64,000 nt of DNA from a virus, in IMG/VR virus record IMGVR_UViG_3300028361_000023, positions 1 through 64,000 of that record. The stretch is one strand, 5' to 3'. Shown in pieces: positions 47,742-57,071 of the stretch. The notes under the pieces were generated by a model, which saw nothing but the letters and a program-made list of their open reading frames with translations, searched no databases and was not told the origin of the DNA. The translations under genes and the position numbers were made by a program. Numbering within the stretch: position 1 is the stretch's first letter; every line of letters starts with the position of its first letter.

Positions 47742-48416
47742 TTATCCTTTATAGAATAACAATTTAACAAAGTTCATTTGAGAATCTAAACCCGTATTAA
47801 CCGCATGACTAAACAATCTTTGAGTGTTTTGATTTTTATCTCTACTTTCATTAAAAGCATTAGCAGCATTTAATACTTTAGCAAAACTAGTTTTAATAAA
47901 TTCAACTTTTTCATCTCCACTTGGATTAAATGTAAGTCCGACTAATTTACCACCAAAAGTTTCATGAAGATTAGTTTCGTCTTTACTTTCTTGTATTGTT
48001 TCTTTTTCAGTAGTTGTAGAAGTAGTTGTAGAAGTAAGCATTGGAATACAAGCTTCGACTATACTTTTAAATATAAAATCTTTAGCTTTTTCTTTATTTT
48101 CGAGTTTATCATAAGGAATTAAACTAGGATGAGTTTTCTTTATCAAGTCTTTTTCTGTACCATAAACAAAACCATCTTCTATTTTAAATTTCATCCAATT
48201 TTCGTGCATTTCAGCAGCAGTAACATTAGGGTTATCTATTCGGTATTTAACACTATTAACAGCACTATCTTTAATATTTTGAGAAACATTATCCCAATCT
48301 ACTTGGCTATTGTCTCCTAAACTTTCACAATAGCCTTTATTGGCTTGGTGAGCGATTTTTGCTATGTCTATTATATTCATAATACAAATGTAATCTTTTT
48401 TACTAAAATGCAACAT
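47742..48416 (-). CDS. RyR-domain protein fused to an Acb2/Tad1-like helical hairpin domain (probable start MNIIDIA, ~48380)
   Basis: HENWMKFK..DGFVYG..KD..KKTHPSLIPYDKL...EKAKD (RyR repeat); STTTSTTT linker; VGLTFNPSG..V..IK...RLFSHAVN..LDSQMNFVK. Confidence 0.75.
   Translation of the reverse strand: MLHFSKKDYICIMNIIDIAKIAHQANKGYCESLGDNSQVDWDNVSQNIKDSAVNSVKYRIDNPNVTAAEMHENWMKFKIEDGFVYGTEKDLIKKTHPSLIPYDKLENKEKAKDFIFKSIVEACIPMLTSTTTSTTTEKETIQESKDETNLHETFGGKLVGLTFNPSGDEKVEFIKTSFAKVLNAANAFNESRDKNQNTQRLFSHAVNTGLDSQMNFVKLLFYKG
48385..48392 (-). promoter_or_regulatory. Bacteroidota -7 element (TACATTTG), leftward promoter of a divergent pair
   Basis: TAnnTTTG immediately upstream of the ATG at 48380. 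Confidence 0.5.
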
Positions 48417-48474
48417 TATTATATACTATTTTTAAAAAATTTTAAAGAAATTTTGTAGTTATTAATATATGTAT

Positions 48475-48482
48475 TATTTTTG
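48475..48482 (+). promoter_or_regulatory. Bacteroidota -7 element (TATTTTTG) for the packaging/structural operon
   Basis: TAnnTTTG 20 nt upstream of ORF 48503, at the strand switch. Confidence 0.55.
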
Positions 48483-48502
48483 TAGGTATAAAAGTAAATG
48501 TA

Positions 48503-48811
48503 ATGAGTTTTCCAAAAATAGATATAACATTAGAACGTACTTTAAAAGAGGTTCAAACTAAATTTAAAGATAAATTTGGTACTGATATATCATTACGTCA
48601 AGTTTATTTAATTATAGCTATACAAGAAGAGCTTACAACTAATGCAGTATTTACTGGCAAAGGAATTAGATTACCAAATATAGGTAAGTTCGGAATTACA
48701 GCTAAAAAAAGTAAATATATGACAACAGAAGATATTCAAAAACAAGAACATTTACAAACTAACGGTTGTTTAATTCAAACTTGTTTAGCTGACGATACTA
48801 TTGGTTATTAA
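48503..48811 (+). CDS. HU/IHF-like DNA-binding protein
   Basis: Helical N-terminus then GKGIRLPNIGKFGI (HU G..V.L.GFG.F pattern). Confidence 0.65.
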   Translation: MSFPKIDITLERTLKEVQTKFKDKFGTDISLRQVYLIIAIQEELTTNAVFTGKGIRLPNIGKFGITAKKSKYMTTEDIQKQEHLQTNGCLIQTCLADDTIGY

Positions 48812-48813
48812 TA

Positions 48814-49482
48814 ATGTTTAGATTATTTGAATTTAATGATAATAGAGTTTCTTTAGCTACAGATAGTCTTAAAGTAATTCCTGAATTTAATTACATTCTT
48901 ACTCTTAAATATAACACTAGAGAAGGAGACGCTACAGGTATAAAAAGACACCAAGCTACTAAGATTTTCACTTATATTTATTATATGTATGATATTAGAA
49001 GTCCTTATTCTAGTATAGCAGAAGATAAAGAACGTCATAAAAAAGCAGCTAAAGATTCAGGACTTGGTATAAATTTTAAACCTAATAATAAAGAAAAACA
49101 AGCAATAGTTAAATTTAAAGAATTATCTGAATATACTTATCCTGAAATTAAGTTACTTAAAAGTTTAAAAGATAGTATGGAAATTAGTGATAAGTTTATT
49201 AGCTTAACTAATAAAAAAATGTTAAATCTTTTAGAAAAAGTTGAGACTGTTGATCTAAATGAATTACAAGATGAAGATCAAGCAGAATCAATATTAAATG
49301 TATTAAGTGTAGTTACTAGTAGTATAAAAGAAGAAATTAATTTTGTTATGCCTTTTATTGATAAAGTAAAAAAAGGTATACAAAGCATTAACGAAATAGA
49401 AAAAGAGTTAATGAAACAATTTAAAGAAGATACAGTAGCTAAAGGTGGACATCAAATAGGCAATAGAGCAGACCCTAGATAA
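48814..49482 (+). CDS. Conserved crAss-like packaging-module protein (possible TerS)
   Basis: FTYIYYMYDIRSPY motif, coiled coil, position upstream of TerL. Confidence 0.6.
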   Translation: MFRLFEFNDNRVSLATDSLKVIPEFNYILTLKYNTREGDATGIKRHQATKIFTYIYYMYDIRSPYSSIAEDKERHKKAAKDSGLGINFKPNNKEKQAIVKFKELSEYTYPEIKLLKSLKDSMEISDKFISLTNKKMLNLLEKVETVDLNELQDEDQAESILNVLSVVTSSIKEEINFVMPFIDKVKKGIQSINEIEKELMKQFKEDTVAKGGHQIGNRADPR

Positions 49483-49835
49483 TGATATTAAAAACAAATG
49501 TATTTATAAATACAATATACGCTATAGGTAAAGATGAATTTAATATTCGTAAACTTACTGATAAAGATAAAGACGAAAATGAAAAATATACTCCTTTTAA
49601 TTTAAACTTATTATTTGTAGTTCATTATTACCAAAGTAATGACGGTAAAACTGTTGTTGTTTTAAGTACAGAACAACATTTAAAACTAGACGAAGATTTT
49701 GATGCTTTTGAAAAATTAATGTTTTTGGTTAGTCCAGTAAGACAACTAGAATTGATAAGTCCTCATGGAACTGTTTCGCAAAGAACTCTTAATGTACATA
49801 ATAATATAGTTAGTGAAATAGTTTCTTTAGAGTAG
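49482..49835 (+). CDS. Hypothetical protein
   Basis: TAATG coupling with the upstream gene. Confidence 0.6.
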   Translation: MILKTNVFINTIYAIGKDEFNIRKLTDKDKDENEKYTPFNLNLLFVVHYYQSNDGKTVVVLSTEQHLKLDEDFDAFEKLMFLVSPVRQLELISPHGTVSQRTLNVHNNIVSEIVSLE

Positions 49836-49854
49836 TAATTAAGAATTATAACTA

Positions 49855-50745
49855 ATGATAGATATAGGATTAAATAGAGTTAAAGGTTATTTTGACGGAC
49901 CTTCTCATAAATATAGTGATGATAATCAAACAAAATATACTAGTTGTACTACTTTTATACATCAGTTTGAAAAACCATTTGATAAACATTATTGGGCTGA
50001 ATATAAAGCTAAAGAAAGAGGAATAAGTAAACAAGCAATATTAGATGAATGGGCAGGAATTAACAAAGCTTCTTTAGATAGAGGTAATAAAATTCACGAT
50101 GCATTTGAAGATGGTATTAATAAAGTTTATGTAGACGCAGCTAAGAAAGAAGATATTCTCTTTACAGGCAGCCATTCTGATGCTCGTTATCAAAAACCCA
50201 CAGGAATTACTACTATTATAGAACTTAGAAGTTCTCCTGCTTATGTTGCTTATCCTTTAATTAGGCAATATATGGAGAAACTTATATTTGCTGGTTATGT
50301 TATATATGCTGAATATAGATTATTTAGACCTGAAATTCAAATTGCAGGTATGGTTGATATTTTAGCAATTAAAGGTAATGATGTTATAATAGTAGATTGG
50401 AAAACTAATAAAAAACCAATGTTAATGACTTCTGGTTATTATCGAAAAAAGATACAAAATGGTGTTAAAGTAGAAACTACTACTTTTGTTAGAACGTTAG
50501 ATTTTATGAAACCGCCTATAAATGACATATATCATTGTTTAGGAATGACTTATACATTACAACTAAGTTTATACGCTTATATGATAGCTATGTATGGTTT
50601 TAATATTAAAGGTTTAGTTTTATTTCACATTAAACCTGAAAGAGATAAAACTACTAATTCTAATATAGATGTCGTAACTGCTTATTCGCTTGAATTTAAA
50701 AGAGAAGCAATTGTTAAAATGTTACAACATGATAAAAGGATATGA
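49855..50745 (+). CDS. PD-(D/E)XK (RecB/Cas4-like) nuclease
   Basis: RGNKIH, AEYRL, IAGMVD, IVDWKTNK, YTLQLSLY. Confidence 0.88.
   Translation: MIDIGLNRVKGYFDGPSHKYSDDNQTKYTSCTTFIHQFEKPFDKHYWAEYKAKERGISKQAILDEWAGINKASLDRGNKIHDAFEDGINKVYVDAAKKEDILFTGSHSDARYQKPTGITTIIELRSSPAYVAYPLIRQYMEKLIFAGYVIYAEYRLFRPEIQIAGMVDILAIKGNDVIIVDWKTNKKPMLMTSGYYRKKIQNGVKVETTTFVRTLDFMKPPINDIYHCLGMTYTLQLSLYAYMIAMYGFNIKGLVLFHIKPERDKTTNSNIDVVTAYSLEFKREAIVKMLQHDKRI
50154..50171 (-). repeat. Dispersed 18-bp motif copy 11 (CTGCCTGTAAAGAGAATA)
   Basis: Identical to copy 7. Confidence 0.9.
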
Positions 50746-51140
50746 AAAAAATATTATTAATAACAAGTAGCGAACGTATAGCTAAAGAGTTTTTAGATAA
50801 TAAAAAATTTATTACAACTTTAGGAGATATAAATAATATAGTTAAATTAAGATTTCATTTATTTGATTGTGATGCTTGTGTTATTAGTGTATTACCTAAA
50901 GATTATAATGCAGAAGATTTTATATTACTTTTAAATGCTATTAATTTAGTTAAAAATGGTTATATTTTTTTTGTAACTAGAAACAATGACTACTCTAAAC
51001 AAATATTAAGTAAAGAAACTTATAAACAATTTAAACAAATTAGCACTATAGCTAATGATAAAAATAATTTTTTATATCTTAATCATTTAGATTTTTTAAT
51101 AAAAGAACTTGAAGGAAATCCAATTACATACGAACGATAA
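50742..51140 (+). CDS. Hypothetical protein
   Basis: Overlaps both neighbours. Confidence 0.6.
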   Translation: MKKILLITSSERIAKEFLDNKKFITTLGDINNIVKLRFHLFDCDACVISVLPKDYNAEDFILLLNAINLVKNGYIFFVTRNNDYSKQILSKETYKQFKQISTIANDKNNFLYLNHLDFLIKELEGNPITYER

Positions 51141-53238
51141 GTTAACTACTGCTTATGAATACGAAGATGTTGCTTTTTGTAATACTTCTTTGTTTACAGA
51201 AACTTCTAGATACTTTACTAAACATGGAGTATATACTCACGCACCTAACGGAACTTTAGATCATAAAGATTTTTGGGATAGAGAAGAAAATAGAATACTT
51301 AACGGTATAACTGTTCCTGGAAAACTATTACCTGATGGTAGCATACAAAAAGTACACATTACTGGAGAACATTATAGTTATCTTAATTATACTAGAATAA
51401 AACTTACTAAAGACAAAGAAGCAAGTACAGAACAATTAATAGCTGCTAAAAAACAAGAAAGTAAAGCTAGAAAAAAGATAGAAACTTTTCCTGCTTTTTG
51501 GGATGGTGATTATCATTACTTTAAAGCTAGAGCTTTGGCTAGAGAACTTGGACTTCACATGGTTGTTTCTAAAGGTAGACGTAAAGGTTACTCTTATAAA
51601 AACGGTTCTGTTGTTAGTCGTACTGCTACTTTTGTTCCTAAAAGTGTTACTATACTTGGTGCTTATGATAAGAAATATCTTACACAAAAAGGGGCTATAA
51701 CAACAATGGCTAAAACTGGTCTTGATTGGTTTCAATTACATACTGACTTTAATAGAGGTTGGTTAAAAGAAACTATGGAAGATTTGCAACTTGGTTATAG
51801 GAGACAAGGTAGTCAAATGAATCACGGTTATCAAAGTGGTGTTTTATCTTTATCTTTTATGGATAATCCTGATGCTGCTATTGGTAAAGATGCAGAAGAA
51901 ATAATATTTGAAGAAGCGGGTAATTTTCCTAATCTTTTAGATGCTCTTGATGTTACAATGAGTACTATGGAAGATGGAGACTTTACTACAGGTATGATAA
52001 CCGTTTTTGGTACGGGTGGTGTTAAAGAAGGTAATTATGCCGCATTTGAAAGTATCTTTTACGAACCTGAATCTTATGGATTTATGCCTTTTCATAATAT
52101 TTTTGACGACGAAGCTACAGGTTCTGTTTGTGGATTTTTTCACGGACAACAACAAAATTTTGCACCTTATTTAGATAAAGACGGTAATAGTGATATTAAA
52201 GGAGCTTTAGAATCTATTGAAAAAGATAGAATACTAAAGAAAACTAAAACAACAAATCCGCAAGTATACAACAGGTATGTTGCTCAAAGATGTATTAAAC
52301 CTAGTGAAGCTTTTGGTGGAACTAATGTTAGTATATTTGATAGTCAAGAATTACGAGATCATATTAGTATTGTAGAACATAATCCTTTTTATAAAAATTT
52401 ACGTAGAGACGGTAAATTAGAAGAAACCGCTATAGGTATAAAATATTTAGATAATAGTGTTTTACCTTATAAAGATAAACATAACTATTTAGATGGTAAA
52501 AAAAGTTTAGATAACGATTTAACTGGATGTTATTCAGAATGGTTTAGACCATATCGTGATGCTAATGGAAATATACCTAGTGGATTATATAGAGTATGGA
52601 ATGATCCTTATGCTTTTGAAATTGAACAAGGAGAAATAACAATAGCTGATTCTTTGGGTTCTACTTATGTATACGAACGACCTAATAATTTTACACCTAC
52701 TAAAGGAGATTGTATAGTTGCTTGTTATGTTGGTAGACCTAGTAATCCAGATGACTATAATCAACAATTACTTAATATTACTAAATATTGGAACGCTATA
52801 TGTCAATTTGAAAGAGATAGAGGTGATGTTAGGAATTACTTTAAAAGAGCTGGTGCTTGGAATTTACTTGCAGATTCTCCTGATTTTGATTGGAAAAGAG
52901 AGTTACAAGGTAAAAGAACAGTAGATAAAGGTATTGTATTATCACACGGTTCGGATAGGAAAGGTAATGCTGCTATAATACTTAAGCAATGGTTATATAC
53001 TAAAAGAGGATTTGACGAAGAAACCAAAAAAATAGTGTATAACTTGCATAATATTTATGATTTAGGATTGCTTCGAGAGTTGTCTAAGTGGCATTTAAAG
53101 GGTAATTTTGACCGAGTTTCGAGCTTTCTAATAGGTATGCTTGATAAAAATGAGATTTCTCATACTGCTATTAAAAATGAAGAAACTAAAGCTAAAAATG
53201 GATTTTTTACAAGGCTTCAAAAAGGTCAATTTTATTAA
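51109..53238 (+). CDS. terL: Terminase large subunit
   Basis: KGRRKGYS (Walker A), IIFEEAG (Walker B), FGTGG, nuclease DPY and NFDRVS. Confidence 0.9.
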   Translation: MKEIQLHTNDKLTTAYEYEDVAFCNTSLFTETSRYFTKHGVYTHAPNGTLDHKDFWDREENRILNGITVPGKLLPDGSIQKVHITGEHYSYLNYTRIKLTKDKEASTEQLIAAKKQESKARKKIETFPAFWDGDYHYFKARALARELGLHMVVSKGRRKGYSYKNGSVVSRTATFVPKSVTILGAYDKKYLTQKGAITTMAKTGLDWFQLHTDFNRGWLKETMEDLQLGYRRQGSQMNHGYQSGVLSLSFMDNPDAAIGKDAEEIIFEEAGNFPNLLDALDVTMSTMEDGDFTTGMITVFGTGGVKEGNYAAFESIFYEPESYGFMPFHNIFDDEATGSVCGFFHGQQQNFAPYLDKDGNSDIKGALESIEKDRILKKTKTTNPQVYNRYVAQRCIKPSEAFGGTNVSIFDSQELRDHISIVEHNPFYKNLRRDGKLEETAIGIKYLDNSVLPYKDKHNYLDGKKSLDNDLTGCYSEWFRPYRDANGNIPSGLYRVWNDPYAFEIEQGEITIADSLGSTYVYERPNNFTPTKGDCIVACYVGRPSNPDDYNQQLLNITKYWNAICQFERDRGDVRNYFKRAGAWNLLADSPDFDWKRELQGKRTVDKGIVLSHGSDRKGNAAIILKQWLYTKRGFDEETKKIVYNLHNIYDLGLLRELSKWHLKGNFDRVSSFLIGMLDKNEISHTAIKNEETKAKNGFFTRLQKGQFY

Positions 53239-53241
53239 ATA

Positions 53242-55566
53242 ATGACTAACTTAACACAAGAAGATAATTACAATACTAATAATGAAGGTAATGCTACTGG
53301 TTTACCTTCTCGTTTAGTTACTACTGCTCAAAAATACGCTAATGATATGCGTTGGGCTAAGAACTTTATTGATTATATAATTAACGAAGCTGGTTTTACT
53401 GATCCTATTTATACTGAAATGTTTACTCTTTATCGAGCAAGAGAAGGTAAATTAAACGCTAATGATTATGAACATATTCTTAATCCTTTTAAATTTAACG
53501 AAGATCAAGCTAATAAATTTAGACAACCTGCTAAATTAAAAAATTATCCTTTAATTGCTCCTGTTGCTGATTTGCAACTTGCTGAATTTAGTAAACGTCC
53601 TAAAATAGCAAGAGTTCTTGCTTTGGATAGTACATTTGAAAATGAATTTCAAAAAGGTATTGGAGCTATTATTAATAAAAGTCTTAAACAAAAATTTGTT
53701 AATGAGTTAAACGAACAAGGTGTTGAAACTGAACAACCTAGCGTTCCTGAAGAACAAATAAGTAAAGATAAAGAAGAAGCAATTGAAAGTTTAGTAGAAG
53801 AACTGACTCAACAAGGTCAAGATGCTATTGATTATCTTAAATATGATTTAGATTTAGAAGACATACATCAAACTGGTTATAACGATTGGCTTACAGTAGG
53901 GACTGTTATAAGTTATAAAGAAGTAAGTGATTTTGGTATTAATTATGAAATAATACCACCTTATAAATTAAGTTTTCTTAAAAGAGATAATGTGACTTTT
54001 ATAGAAGATTTATCTGAAATATTAAGAAGAGAAAGATTTACATTTAATGAACTTGTTGATAGATTTGAATTTACAGAAGAGGAATTAAAATCTTTAGAAG
54101 GTAAACATGATTTTGGTTTAACTTTTGACGGTACTATTTTTGTTAATAATGATGCAGATGAAAATTGGGATTCAAATAATTTAGGTAATCTTAATAGTTA
54201 TGGTTATGATTGTTGTCATGTCCAGTTTACAGCAGGTAAAAAAGTTGGAATAGTTTCTTATATAACTCCTATAGGATCTATTGAAACTAAAGATGTTGAT
54301 GATACTTATGTTTTGAATAAAGAAGCTGGAGATATAAATATTGAATGGCGATATGTAAATGAAATTTGGGAAGGTTGGAGAATAGAAGATAGTATTTATA
54401 AAAAAGTAAGACTTTTAAAAGTACAAAGAGAAGAAATTAACGCACATGCTGGTAGAAAATTATCTTACAATGGTCGTTGGATTAGAACTAAAACAGGAGG
54501 AATAAATAGTTTAGTTAAGACTGGACTTAATTATCAATATACTTATAATTACATAAACTTTAAATTTGAAAAGATTATGAATAAGAATAAAGATAAGATA
54601 GCTATGATACCTTTAAGTATTATTCCTACCGGTGATGGTTGGGATGAAGATACATTTATGTATACAGCTGATGCTTTAGGTTTTGGTTTTTATGATGATA
54701 CTGCTCCTGGTGCTGCTGCTGCTTTACAAGGTATGAAAGTATTAGATATGGGATTAGCTGATTATGCTTCTGCTACTTATAATCTTTTACAGCAAGTAAA
54801 ACAAGAATATTGGGATGCTATAGGTATGAATCGTCAAAGATTCGGTAATACTAATTCAAGTGACGGTAAAGCTGTTACAGAACAAGCTATATTTAGAAGT
54901 AGTTTAATAACAGAAGAATATTCAAGACAATATGATTCTTTCTATCAAAGTGACTTAAATGGTCTTTTAGATTATAGTAAAGTTGCTTGGATTAAAGGTA
55001 AAAAAGCAAAATTTAGCAACTCTAATAAACGAATTGTTACTCTTGATATTATGGGTGAAGATTGGTTACATAGAGATTGGAAAATTTTTATAGGTAACAG
55101 TGAAGAAGAAGCAAGAAAATTAAACGAAATTAGACCTCTTGCAATGCATCTTATACAAAATAGTAGTGAAAAAAGTTTAGCTATAGATGTTATAGATACT
55201 GATAATGTAACTGACATTAAACGTATATTTAAACAATACGATAAATTACAATCTGAACTTGCAGAAAGACAACAAGCAAGTCAAGAAGAAGCTAATAAAG
55301 TAGCTATGGCTGATATAGAAAAGAAAGCTGAAATTGCTCAATATAAAATAGATGTAGAAAGTAATACTAAAATTAAAGTAGCTGAAATTACGCAAAATGG
55401 TCAAGAAGACGGTAATGAAGACAATGAAAAACAAGCATTAGATAGAGATAAACTAAATCATACTATAACAAAAGATAATAAAGATTTAGCACAAAGACAA
55501 AAAGAACATAACGATAAAATTAATTTAGACAATAAAAAACTAAATGTACAGAAAAAAAGTGTATAA
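53242..55566 (+). CDS. Portal protein
   Basis: 774 aa directly after TerL; NEIWEG, IGMNRQRFG, crAss-type synteny. Confidence 0.85.
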   Translation: MTNLTQEDNYNTNNEGNATGLPSRLVTTAQKYANDMRWAKNFIDYIINEAGFTDPIYTEMFTLYRAREGKLNANDYEHILNPFKFNEDQANKFRQPAKLKNYPLIAPVADLQLAEFSKRPKIARVLALDSTFENEFQKGIGAIINKSLKQKFVNELNEQGVETEQPSVPEEQISKDKEEAIESLVEELTQQGQDAIDYLKYDLDLEDIHQTGYNDWLTVGTVISYKEVSDFGINYEIIPPYKLSFLKRDNVTFIEDLSEILRRERFTFNELVDRFEFTEEELKSLEGKHDFGLTFDGTIFVNNDADENWDSNNLGNLNSYGYDCCHVQFTAGKKVGIVSYITPIGSIETKDVDDTYVLNKEAGDINIEWRYVNEIWEGWRIEDSIYKKVRLLKVQREEINAHAGRKLSYNGRWIRTKTGGINSLVKTGLNYQYTYNYINFKFEKIMNKNKDKIAMIPLSIIPTGDGWDEDTFMYTADALGFGFYDDTAPGAAAALQGMKVLDMGLADYASATYNLLQQVKQEYWDAIGMNRQRFGNTNSSDGKAVTEQAIFRSSLITEEYSRQYDSFYQSDLNGLLDYSKVAWIKGKKAKFSNSNKRIVTLDIMGEDWLHRDWKIFIGNSEEEARKLNEIRPLAMHLIQNSSEKSLAIDVIDTDNVTDIKRIFKQYDKLQSELAERQQASQEEANKVAMADIEKKAEIAQYKIDVESNTKIKVAEITQNGQEDGNEDNEKQALDRDKLNHTITKDNKDLAQRQKEHNDKINLDNKKLNVQKKSV

Positions 55567-55644
55567 TGGTTTGATATCTGTTAGAGGTATTTATTTGGGT
55601 TAAAAAGTATTTTAAATAAACTATATAAAAATAAGTAAATATAT

Positions 55645-55652
55645 TAAATTTG
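55645..55652 (+). promoter_or_regulatory. Bacteroidota -7 element (TAAATTTG) before scaffold/MCP
   Basis: TAnnTTTG just upstream of the ATG at 55658. Confidence 0.5.
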
Positions 55653-55657
55653 TAATA

Positions 55658-57034
55658 ATGAAAGTAAACAAGAACAACAACGAATGTAATCTTAATATAA
55701 AAGAAATTTCGGGTTATTTAAACTTTTTTCCAGTTTTGGATGAAGGAAATATCGCTAATCTTGATGATATTGAAGAAGAAGAAAATGATGATGATGGTTT
55801 TTTAGGTATAGATAACGATCCTACTATTGATCCTCCTAGTGATCCTGTCATTGATGAAACTGATGAAGATAAAGCTGCAAGAGAACTACTTGAAAAGAAA
55901 ACTGAAGATGAAAAAATAACAGACAAAGATAATAAAGAAGTTACAACTAATTTATATGATAAAGAAGGTAATCAAGTTAATGCGGAAGGTAAGATATTAA
56001 AAACTAAAGAAGAATTAACAGAAGAAGAAACTAAAGCTGCTGATATTAAGAAAAAAGAACTAGAAGCTAAAAATGAAAAAGTTTTTTATGATAAAGAAGG
56101 TAATCAAGTTGATACTAAAGGTGAAATAGTTAAAACTAAAGAAGAACTAGAAACAGAAAATTTTGATTCTTTACCCGCTATTAAACAACTTCAAATTCTT
56201 GACGGTTATGATCTAAAAGATGAAAAAGGAGAAATTTTACAATTTGAAGATACTATAGAAGGTTTTCAAGCTTATAATGAAGCTGTTTCTACACATAGAG
56301 CAACTGAACTTTATAATGACAAAGTAAAACAAGAGGAAAATGATACTCCTGAAATTGTAAAAAAATTTAATGCTCATATTAAAGCTGGATTTGGTGTTTC
56401 TGATTTTTTTAATAGTCCTTTACACGATATACAAAATGTAAAACTAGAAAAAAGTAATGAAAACCAATTAAAAGAAATTATTAAGCGTAGTTTTGTTCAT
56501 AGAAAGTACGATGAAAATAGAGCAATAGAAATGGTTAAACGTTCTGAAGCTGCTGATGCTCTTTTTGAAGATGCTGAAATAGCTCTTAAAGAATTACAAA
56601 ATGCGGATAAAGAACAAACAACAATTAATCAACAAAAAATCAAAGAAGAAAAAGAAAAAGAAAACGCTGCAAGTGTAAATTATTTCAATGATGTTAAAGA
56701 AATTGTTACTAAAGGTAAAGTAAAAGATGTAGTTATCCCGAATGCGGATAAAAAAGCATTTTATGAATACTTATCTAAACCTGTTAAGTCTGTAAATGGC
56801 CAACTTCTTAGTCAACATGATATTGATATGCAAAAAGAACCTTTAGAAATCGACTTATTAAACGCGTTTCATAGGTTTAAAGGTTATGACCTTAATTCGG
56901 TAATTAAAGATAAAGCTAATTCACATAAAGCTAGAACTTTAACTGAACGTATAGTTAAACCAACTAGTACTAATAGTACAATAGTTGATAGTAAAAACAT
57001 TACTTCTGAAATTGATTGGGATAATGTTAAGTAA
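55658..57034 (+). CDS. Acidic scaffolding-like protein with internal repeat (YDKEGNQV..G.I.KTKEEL x2)
   Basis: D/E-rich N-terminus; located between portal and MCP. Confidence 0.7.
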   Translation: MKVNKNNNECNLNIKEISGYLNFFPVLDEGNIANLDDIEEEENDDDGFLGIDNDPTIDPPSDPVIDETDEDKAARELLEKKTEDEKITDKDNKEVTTNLYDKEGNQVNAEGKILKTKEELTEEETKAADIKKKELEAKNEKVFYDKEGNQVDTKGEIVKTKEELETENFDSLPAIKQLQILDGYDLKDEKGEILQFEDTIEGFQAYNEAVSTHRATELYNDKVKQEENDTPEIVKKFNAHIKAGFGVSDFFNSPLHDIQNVKLEKSNENQLKEIIKRSFVHRKYDENRAIEMVKRSEAADALFEDAEIALKELQNADKEQTTINQQKIKEEKEKENAASVNYFNDVKEIVTKGKVKDVVIPNADKKAFYEYLSKPVKSVNGQLLSQHDIDMQKEPLEIDLLNAFHRFKGYDLNSVIKDKANSHKARTLTERIVKPTSTNSTIVDSKNITSEIDWDNVK

Positions 57035-57071
57035 ATTAGTTTAAAATTTTTAAAAAAAAGAAAAAAGAAAA

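Noticed and set aside
50512-50529. CCGCCTATAAATGACATA as a 12th copy of the 18-bp motif
   Set aside because: Three mismatches including the core; it would continue the alternation but is too degenerate to count
36161-53238. Inteins or group I introns in polA and terL
   Set aside because: Both ORFs are uninterrupted and of normal length, with no splice-junction or homing-endonuclease motifs seen
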